Source: Hadesarchaea archaeon (GTDB lineage Archaea; Hadarchaeota; Hadarchaeia; Hadarchaeales; Hadarchaeaceae). Taken from it: a stretch of 64,000 nt of DNA. The stretch's first letter is position 1, and each line of letters starts with the position of its first letter. A program made the translations under genes and the position numbers. Positions 51,731 through 58,260 of the stretch are shown here, one piece after another. The DNA is taken from contig JAPDJH010000005.1 of NCBI GenBank assembly GCA_029259175.1, forward strand, positions 57,913 through 121,912. The letters are read 5' to 3'. Under the pieces are notes generated by a model. The model searched no databases, had not been told where the DNA came from, and worked only from the letters and a program-made list of their open reading frames with translations.

Positions 51731-52738
51731 TCAAGCAATGGTTCGACACACGTCTATCAAGTCGCCTAGCAAAGAACTCGATGTTTCTCGAGGACCTGCT
51801 CCGAAACCGGTGATCGAGATCTCGCGTGCTAGGTCCAGCTTGAAGTTTACCGCGTTCAGAGTCCCTCCAACAGCAAGCGGGTGTCCTAGCGGAACTAGCT
51901 TTGGGGAAACCTCGACTGTCTGCCTCGTTGCCACGCCAACCAATTTAATGGTGTTGCCGGTTTCCTTGGCCAGTTTTATCGCTTGGGGGGTTATGCGAGC
52001 AATCCCCGTTCGTCTCACATCTTTGAACTTCACATCACGGCCAAGAATCGCATTGGAAAGAATAACAAGCTTAGCCGCAGTGTCTATACCCTCGATGTCC
52101 AAGGTGGGATCCTTCTCAGCGATGCCGAGCTCTTGTGCTTCGCGCAGTACTTGGTCAAAAGGCGCCCCTTCTTCGGCCATTCGAGAGAGGATGTAGTTGG
52201 TGGTGCCGTTGAGCACCCCTTGGATTTCCAGAACCTCGTTTCCAGCTAAAAGCTTTCTCGCAAGCTCGATTACCGGAATCGCGCCGCCCACGGAGGCTGA
52301 GTATCTGAACTCTACGCCCTGTTTTTTCGCCAGATGTTCCAATTCTCGAAAAGCCACAACCAATGGGCCCTTGTTGGATGTGATCACGTGCCGTCCAGCT
52401 TTCATGGCTTTTTTGATATGGGTAAGGCCGGGTTCACCGGTTTGGATGTTAGTGGGGGTGAGTTCAAAAACTATTTCGCATTCTACGCTCTCAATCGCTT
52501 CTACTGCAGAGATTCGCTTGTAATTGGGAAATGCCGAAACTTTGGCTTTCTGGTATGCCTTTTTCACTAACAGCCGCCAGTCCAGGCCCTTGTTATTCGT
52601 TGCCGCCCCGGAATCATCTACTACGCCCACTACGCGGGGCTTCAAACCAAATCGCCGATACAAAAACGATTTTTTTTCGGCTAAGCTTTCCACAAGTCCG
52701 CGCCCCAAGTTCCCGAAACCGATTATTAGGAGCCTCAT
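51731..52738 (-). CDS. hom: Homoserine dehydrogenase
   Basis: IGFGNLG, VITSNKGP, GVLNGTTNYIL, D..GID.AAKL.IL. Confidence 0.94.
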   Translation of the reverse strand: MRLLIIGFGNLGRGLVESLAEKKSFLYRRFGLKPRVVGVVDDSGAATNNKGLDWRLLVKKAYQKAKVSAFPNYKRISAVEAIESVECEIVFELTPTNIQTGEPGLTHIKKAMKAGRHVITSNKGPLVVAFRELEHLAKKQGVEFRYSASVGGAIPVIELARKLLAGNEVLEIQGVLNGTTNYILSRMAEEGAPFDQVLREAQELGIAEKDPTLDIEGIDTAAKLVILSNAILGRDVKFKDVRRTGIARITPQAIKLAKETGNTIKLVGVATRQTVEVSPKLVPLGHPLAVGGTLNAVNFKLDLAREISITGFGAGPRETSSSLLGDLIDVCRTIA

Positions 52739-53250
52739 GGGGGACCACCGACCGAGGTTATCAATAACAAGTCTTTTTGTTTACAGAACTCGGATAGCCA
52801 GCTAATGGCTTTTCGGGCATGTCGGTCACTATCGCTAAGAATGGTAAGTCTAGCAGCTGATTCTTTTCTGGGTCCGCCCATTGCTAGACTCAAATCCATC
52901 ACGCGCGTTCCGGTTATAGAGTTTATTCGATCCACCAAGGTGCGGATGTCGGCGTGAACTATATGTCCGAGTAAAATAACTGTCTGCTTTACTGTGTACA
53001 CCTCCTCACCTACTTGGGTGACCAAGACGTTGCGCGACTTCAGCGCGTTCAAAACACGTTTGAGACGGGATTGATCCTCGATCTCGAAGATCAGCGTTAC
53101 GGGGACTCGGCCAAGAGGTGTTTTGTGCTCCCGCTGGTGGATTATGCTCTGGATGTTGCCCCCGTAACGGGCGATTGGTTCTAAGGCTCTCAGCAATTGC
53201 CCCGGGATGTCCTCGAGCTCCATAACTAGCTTGACCAACACGCTGCTCAC
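52735..53250 (-). CDS. ACT-domain allosteric subunit associated with homoserine dehydrogenase
   Basis: ELEDIPGQLL..L.PI...GGNI.SIIH; GHIVH; coupled to hom. Confidence 0.85.
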   Translation of the reverse strand: MSSVLVKLVMELEDIPGQLLRALEPIARYGGNIQSIIHQREHKTPLGRVPVTLIFEIEDQSRLKRVLNALKSRNVLVTQVGEEVYTVKQTVILLGHIVHADIRTLVDRINSITGTRVMDLSLAMGGPRKESAARLTILSDSDRHARKAISWLSEFCKQKDLLLITSVGGPP

Positions 53251-53283
53251 CTCGGCTGAAACCCCTACTCTCTCTGAGGCCCT

Positions 53284-53424
53284 TTATTTAACGATGCCTA
53301 GTTCTGCCAGCTCCGAACGCTTGAGGGTGCAGTGTCCGTTTTCGTAGAAATCACACTCTGGACAGCACTCACCGCGTTTGTCACACTCCTCATAAAGATA
53401 ACAATTGGGGCAACACCTCGGCAT
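53284..53424 (-). CDS. Small Cys-rich protein (46 aa)
   Basis: MPRCCPNCYLYEECDKRGECCPECDFYENGHCTLKRSELAELGIVK; GGTGAG SD and TTTATA upstream. Confidence 0.7.
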   Translation of the reverse strand: MPRCCPNCYLYEECDKRGECCPECDFYENGHCTLKRSELAELGIVK

Positions 53425-53537
53425 TTCTCTCACCAAAACTCTCAGATTCGGATATGGGAATCGAAGATATAAAGCTAAGCCTTGAGCAAAAGCGAGAACC
53501 GAAAAGCTTAATCCGAAGAAAAAATATAAGATATGAT

Positions 53538-53792
53538 GCCGGGATGGGGTAGCTCCTAGAGATGGTTCCGGGGATCCCGCTGGCACTGCCCGAGGGTCCA
53601 AAAGACTCTGGCGGGCTTGTCAGAAGCGCCAAGGAACCGCTCGAAAACCTCGACCGGTAGGGAAGCGGGGCCGAAAGGTAACCGCCCAGCTCGGGAACGG
53701 GCTGGATCGGACGGTCTTGTGGGCTTTCCCATGTGGAAGGTCCGTGGAGGCTGTTCGGCCCTGCCGGAAGAGGCGGAGTTCCCTGTCCCGGC
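53538..53792 (+). ncRNA. Large GC-rich structured RNA of unknown class (~255 nt)
   Basis: Ends pair (GCCGGGAUGGGG..AGCUCC / GGAGUU-CCCUGUCCCGGC), nested helices with G-U pairs, GAAA and GGAA tetraloops, BRE/TATA-like CCGAAAAGCTTAAT upstream, T-run downstream. Confidence 0.75.
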
Positions 53793-53832
53793 GCTTTTTT
53801 TATGAACTCAAAACAGAGAAAGTGATGGAAGG

Positions 53833-53943
53833 ATGAGTCGGCGCAAAAAAAAGTCAGCCACCGAGCGTTTGAAAATGCTTCAAACCAGAATTTTGACCCC
53901 TTCGGATATCGGGAGGCGCCTGCGTCGTAAGCGTAAGAAATAG
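53833..53943 (+). CDS. Putative highly basic micro-protein (36 aa)
   Basis: MSRRKKKSATERLKMLQTRILTPSDIGRRLRRKRKK*; fills the gap between the RNA and the radical SAM gene. Confidence 0.45.
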   Translation: MSRRKKKSATERLKMLQTRILTPSDIGRRLRRKRKK

Positions 53944-53959
53944 AAACCCCACTTTAGAT

Positions 53960-54829
53960 TTGATGGTGCTCGAAGTCATTCGCAGATTCGATCCTTGGTC
54001 GGATTCTTGGTGCACCTGTCCAAAAAAGTACAGCCTGAACCCATATACGGGATGTGCACATCGCTGTGTCTACTGCTATATCACTTCTTACATTCCACGG
54101 GCATTTGAATGCCGGCCCAAACGGAATCTGCTGGAGAGGGTGGAGCGCGATATTAGAAAAATAGAGAAGGGCGTGCACGTAAGCATGTCGAACAGTTCGG
54201 ATCCATACCCGCCTCTCGAAGCGGAACTACGGCTCACCCGTGGGTGTTTAGAGCTTTTTCAGAAGAATGCGATCCCGGTACAAATAATCACCAAATCTGA
54301 CTTGGTGGTAAGAGACCTGGAGATTCTGAAGAATATGTGCTGTGTGGTAAGCTTCACGATCACTACTATGGATGAACGAGTCAGACGCAAACTTGAGCCC
54401 GGTGCACCTCCAAGTGAAAAGAGACTCCAAGCAATGCGTGAACTCGCCGAATTAGGGATTGCTGTCACTTTACGTTTAGATCCGGTGTTTCCGGTGTTGA
54501 ACGAGGGAGAAGTAGAAGAAATAGTGGAGGCTGCGGTTAGTGCGGGGGCGCTTCACGTGACCACATCTACTTTCAAGCCTCGGGCTGATGGGTGGAAAAG
54601 GTTTTCCCAAGTATTTCCACGTGTTGCAGAGCAAATCCGTGATCTTTATTTTGTCGAAGGGTTTAGAAGACACAATGCATTTTATTTGCCAGACAACGAG
54701 CGTCGAAGGCTGCTGGAAATGGTAGCTAAAGCCTGTCAACGGAATCGTGTTAGTGTAGCGTTCTGCCGTGAAGGAATAAAGTTCAAAGCGCCCAGTTGCG
54801 ATGGGAGCCACTTACTCGGAGACTTCTGA
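53960..54829 (+). CDS. Radical SAM protein, SplB/COG1533-like
   Basis: SLNPYTGCAHRCVYCY, SNSSDPYPP.E....TR, TKS.L..RD, LEP.APP...RL. Confidence 0.88.
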   Translation: MMVLEVIRRFDPWSDSWCTCPKKYSLNPYTGCAHRCVYCYITSYIPRAFECRPKRNLLERVERDIRKIEKGVHVSMSNSSDPYPPLEAELRLTRGCLELFQKNAIPVQIITKSDLVVRDLEILKNMCCVVSFTITTMDERVRRKLEPGAPPSEKRLQAMRELAELGIAVTLRLDPVFPVLNEGEVEEIVEAAVSAGALHVTTSTFKPRADGWKRFSQVFPRVAEQIRDLYFVEGFRRHNAFYLPDNERRRLLEMVAKACQRNRVSVAFCREGIKFKAPSCDGSHLLGDF

Positions 54830-55645
54830 AACGGTCGTTTGAACTGGGACTGTTGCTGGAGCGAATCTCGTTAAGGCGCGGGCCGGAGCCGGCGGTAGAG
54901 TCCACCTTGCTGGCCTAAGATGAGGTGGCGTGGCTTGAAGTATAGTAAACGAGTCCAACTCATCTGGATTCACAGGTACTGAAACGAGATTAGTGCGGGG
55001 GTTCAGGCTCATCGGCGCTAAAAGGAGGCCTCGCCTGACACGGAGCTCGGAGAGGAGGCAAATCCCCGCTTCACTTTCGAGCTGGAGGGAAGAAGGAGAG
55101 AGAGCATGAGTGCTCACATCGGAAGAAACGACGATGGTGCTCGCTATGTAATCAGTTAGCTTGTGATGGAGATCGTCGAGAGCCTGGAGATTTCCGAACC
55201 AGCACTCGTAAGGGATATAAGCCAGCGGTACTATTATATCGAATCCTAGCTGTCCATCGTACTTCACCCATGGCTCTATCCCTAGAGATCGGAGCGCCTG
55301 CACGATCAGCTTAGTGATGCACTTACTGATCTTCAATCCTCCTTTTTGTGGCCGCACCGTCCAGACCAAATCGCGACCCACCGGTTGTTCTGGTCCTCCG
55401 GCGTAGTACCAATAAGAGATATAAAAGGCCTGTGCACCTTGGGCGACATACTGACGGATGTTCTCTGGTGTTAATCTGATAGGTTTTCGTTCGTTGCCTA
55501 CACGTTCATAGCGTTGGATGGATTGAATCCGAGAGTTATAGATTGCACTCTCTCGCACTCCCATGCCCATTGTGCTATTAGCGGAAAGCAGGAGGATCGA
55601 TTGCACATCGCATCGCTCGTAGTACATCTTTTCCCTCCGGTCCAA
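54812..55645 (-). CDS. Archaeo-eukaryotic primase (PriS/LigD-Pol-like) homolog with degenerate catalytic motifs
   Basis: GRDLVW, VKYDGQLGFDIIVP (cf. K.SG.KG.H...P), LLAPMSLNPRTNLVSVPV...EL..F (cf. R.PYSL...GLVSVP). Confidence 0.7.
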   Translation of the reverse strand: MDRREKMYYERCDVQSILLLSANSTMGMGVRESAIYNSRIQSIQRYERVGNERKPIRLTPENIRQYVAQGAQAFYISYWYYAGGPEQPVGRDLVWTVRPQKGGLKISKCITKLIVQALRSLGIEPWVKYDGQLGFDIIVPLAYIPYECWFGNLQALDDLHHKLTDYIASTIVVSSDVSTHALSPSSLQLESEAGICLLSELRVRRGLLLAPMSLNPRTNLVSVPVNPDELDSFTILQATPPHLRPARWTLPPAPARALTRFAPATVPVQTTVSEVSE

Positions 55646-55705
55646 AACTCAAGAGGGATTTATAAACGGATTGAGAGGAGGGGTCGCCGAAAGTATTCTG
55701 CCCGA

Positions 55706-56131
55706 CCCCTTTGTTTCCACTGGAGATGATTTGATAATTAGCATTAGATTATTTATGATATAATAATAGATAAACTAGGTGCAGATATTGAGTGAACTAG
55801 ATTGGTTGGCTGGATTTCTCGATGCTTGTGGGTGTTTTACAAAAAATAAGTTAAAAATAGTCAGAAAAACCGAGAATAGGCTAAAAATTTATCGGTATCA
55901 AAACCCTGTTCTGTTTGTGGTAAATAATGATCCTTCTCCACTGGAAATAGTGAGGCGGATGATCGGGGGAGGGAAAATAATTCGAATAGGAGGTTCATAC
56001 CGATTAGAGGTCCGACGCAAGCAAGATGTTTTACGGGTTGTGGAACTGATAGATGGGCGGTTGAGATCCTTTAAAAAGAAAGAAGTCTTTGAGAAATGGA
56101 AATGGTTGGTTTTCCAGTGGAAACAAAGGAG
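55706..56131. other. Probable chromosomal replication origin (oriC)
   Basis: Inverted ORBs: CTCCAGTGGAAACAAAGGGG on minus (55706-55725) and TTCCAGTGGAAACAAAGGAG on plus (56112-56131); 17-bp perfect inverted repeat; very AT-rich 55727-55777. Confidence 0.8.
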
Positions 56132-56147
56132 TACCAGGATCCACTGA
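55779..56147 (+). CDS. Single-motif LAGLIDADG-fold protein, probably nuclease-dead
   Basis: WLAGFLDACGCF, then beta-strands, L..V...IGGGKI and YRLEV..KQDV..VVELI typical of the fold. Confidence 0.75.
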   Translation: MQILSELDWLAGFLDACGCFTKNKLKIVRKTENRLKIYRYQNPVLFVVNNDPSPLEIVRRMIGGGKIIRIGGSYRLEVRRKQDVLRVVELIDGRLRSFKKKEVFEKWKWLVFQWKQRSTRIH

Positions 56148-56148
56148 G

Positions 56149-56988
56149 TTAGCTCTCTTCTCCTTTGCTCAGTAACTCTGCTGTTTTTTGAAGCGCGCGC
56201 TCGATTTTCTCCGGCACTTTGCTGGGCTTGATTGAAAGGCGCGCCACCTTTGTAGCGATCTCCTGTATGGCCTTGCTGGCCACCGTTCGGGGGTAGAGGG
56301 CGAGCACTGGCATATTCTTTCTGAAGGCATCGCCCACCAATGGGTCTTCGGGGATGATTCCCAGCAGAGGGGCAACGGCGCTGAGCTTTTTGCCCCACTC
56401 CCTCACATCCACGCCTCGAGGGACTTTGTTGAGCACGGTTCCCACCGGGCGCACATCCATAAATTCCTTCAGCCCGCGTGCAGTGTTTATGGTGGCTTCC
56501 ACGGAGTCATCGTTGGGTTCGGCGACGAAGATCAGACCATCCGCCACGGCGGTGAGGATAAGGTGCTCAAAACTCATCGATGCAGGGGTGTCGATCACTA
56601 TGTACTCAAATCGCTTTCGCAACTTTTTTATGATCTGGTCAAACTTCCGCTTCGTTTCTTCAATGAAGGAAAGAAAGTCGCCCCTGATGACTGGGAGGAA
56701 GCGCCCCCCTGCAGGCAACACCGCCAGATTCGGATAGAGTGGCTCCCCCTCGGATTCCAGCTGGGAAAGGTAGATTGCTTCTTCCAATGGTTTTCCCTCC
56801 AAAACCTGCGCGAGGGTCACATCATAATCGGGACACATCTTCAGTTCGACTGAGCGGATGTGCATGTCTCCGTCCACCAGCAGAACCCAGTTCTTGGGAA
56901 AGAGCTTCGCCAGCGAGATGGCGAGTCCCATCGAGAAGGTACTCTTCCCAACGCCTCCCTTGGTTCCGACGACCGAGATTACGCTCAT
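56149..56988 (-). CDS. ParA/MinD-family ATPase
   Basis: Deviant Walker A KGGVGKS, LVDGD, IVIDTPA, VLNK, IPEDP.V..A. Confidence 0.92.
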   Translation of the reverse strand: MSVISVVGTKGGVGKSTFSMGLAISLAKLFPKNWVLLVDGDMHIRSVELKMCPDYDVTLAQVLEGKPLEEAIYLSQLESEGEPLYPNLAVLPAGGRFLPVIRGDFLSFIEETKRKFDQIIKKLRKRFEYIVIDTPASMSFEHLILTAVADGLIFVAEPNDDSVEATINTARGLKEFMDVRPVGTVLNKVPRGVDVREWGKKLSAVAPLLGIIPEDPLVGDAFRKNMPVLALYPRTVASKAIQEIATKVARLSIKPSKVPEKIERALQKTAELLSKGEES

Positions 56989-56992
56989 GGTC

Positions 56993-57439
56993 TCACTTCT
57001 TGCTTACCGATCCTCCAAAAATATTCCGAAGACTCTCTTTTAGCTCTTCAGGGCTCCTCACCACGGCGCGGTGCTGGGGAACAAAGGGTTTTTCCCTCAT
57101 GCGCAGGTGGGTGCGGATGTCAGCGGCTTTGTACACCATTTTTGCTCGCCCCTGCGTTCCCCTTAGGCTTTCGATCCCCACAAGCCCCGCCCGTACGAGA
57201 TAGTTGAGGTGATGTTTGATAAGGGTTGCCGGAAGCTTTCGCCCCATCACACGCCTGAGCCTCTCCGCCAGCTCGAACTGTCGCATGGGGCCCTTGTCGA
57301 GTTCGCGGTAAATCGCATAGCGGACGGGGTGGGCGATGGCTTTCGCGATCTCCAGTTGTCGTGCATCGTTGAGGATTTCCCACCCCTCTTCCGCCGGTTC
57401 GAAAACCAGCTTTATGCGTTTGGGTCTTTCAATCTTCAT
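56993..57439 (-). CDS. ArsR-like winged-helix DNA-binding protein
   Basis: AKAIAHPVR.AI...L.KGPM...ELA, IKHHL..L.RAGLV; 4-nt gap to the ParA/MinD gene. Confidence 0.82.
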   Translation of the reverse strand: MKIERPKRIKLVFEPAEEGWEILNDARQLEIAKAIAHPVRYAIYRELDKGPMRQFELAERLRRVMGRKLPATLIKHHLNYLVRAGLVGIESLRGTQGRAKMVYKAADIRTHLRMREKPFVPQHRAVVRSPEELKESLRNIFGGSVSKK

Positions 57440-57580
57440 TTGGTTTCCGATTTCTTTTCTGACTTAGCGGAATAAAAAATTTTTTTCATTCCAAGTTGAT
57501 GTTTCATCGAAAAGAGATCGAAAGCAGAACCGTTTTTTCATGCTCGCATTTCTGGGCGGTTGCTGGGGGTTTTCTTGGAG

Positions 57581-57884
57581 TCGTGAGCGGGTTCTCTTCG
57601 GAAACCTTGACCTCCGAAGTTGGCGACTCTGGGCCGCCTTTAGGGCCGGAACCCGCACGGCCCCGTTCCCGGAGCGCTGCTCCGGAAACCTCTTCCCCGG
57701 GCCTGCCGATCCGCGCAGTTCTGCTTCCCGCAGAGCGCCACGGACGGTGCGAGAAGCGCTCTCTGGAGTCACCGATCTGGGCATTCCGTAGAGCGGTTCC
57801 GCCTCTCCCTTTAAGCTTGTTTCGGGGAGAGGGATGGGCGAAAGTATTTGCGGGGTCAGGAGTTTCGAAGAGAACCTCGTGAGC
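57581..57884. repeat. ~290-bp GC-rich element with long terminal inverted repeats and 8-bp flanking direct repeats (MITE or structured RNA)
   Basis: TCGTGAGC-GGGTTCTCTTCGGAAACCTTGACCTC ... GGGGTCAGGAGTTTCGAAGAGAACC-TCGTGAGC. Confidence 0.6.
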
Positions 57885-57918
57885 AAAACTTTAAACACCA
57901 CCGGTCCGAGAGAGATTT

Positions 57919-58260
57919 GTGCACGACGCAGATTTGGTAAAGCAGCGGATTTTGCTTGAACTGAAAAGCCGTCCAGCATCCACCTTGTGGAAATTAGCGA
58001 ACACGCTCGGACTGCCGGTTTCAGAAATAGAAGAAACGCTGGTGGGGCTCGCTGATAGCGGACTGGTCAGAGTGACGGCATCTGGCTGGGAGCTCACCGC
58101 GCGGGGGCTGGAGTGGCTCGGAAGGTCCGCCGAGACCCCTTCCCCGAACAAACAGCCGAGCAAGGTAGGGCGCCCGAAGGAAGTAGTCAAGATCCCCCTG
58201 CCAAGCGATGTGGAGCGCTCCAAGAAAGTCCGCAAGCCCTTCAAGGAAGAGAAGGACTAG
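57919..58260 (+). CDS. Winged-helix protein with basic low-complexity tail
   Basis: RILLEL....STL..LA..LGL..SEI...L..L...GLV......WELT..G; TTTAAA ~24 nt upstream suggests a leaderless mRNA. Confidence 0.7.
   Translation: MHDADLVKQRILLELKSRPASTLWKLANTLGLPVSEIEETLVGLADSGLVRVTASGWELTARGLEWLGRSAETPSPNKQPSKVGRPKEVVKIPLPSDVERSKKVRKPFKEEKD

Noticed and set aside
53538-53792. SRP RNA, RNase P RNA or cobalamin riboswitch identity
   Set aside because: No CAGG/AGCA helix-8 loop, no GAGGAAAGUCC or GCAA cores. AGGGAA, GGAAGG and CCUGCC occur, but the CCCGC.ACUG and GCCACUG B12-box elements are missing.
55706-56131. Archaeal BHB intron carrying a homing endonuclease
   Set aside because: No host rRNA/tRNA exons or BHB seen. 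The inverted repeat matches the ORB consensus and the ORF runs past it.
57665-57710. SRP helix-8-like CAGG...AGCAG on the minus strand
   Set aside because: The intervening stem is too long, there is no GNRA cap or Alu UGUNR motif, and G-U pairs favour the other strand.
57464-57979. ORFs 57464-57979, 57496-57882 and 57540-57791
   Set aside because: Low-complexity translations of a GC-rich fold-back element with no protein motifs.
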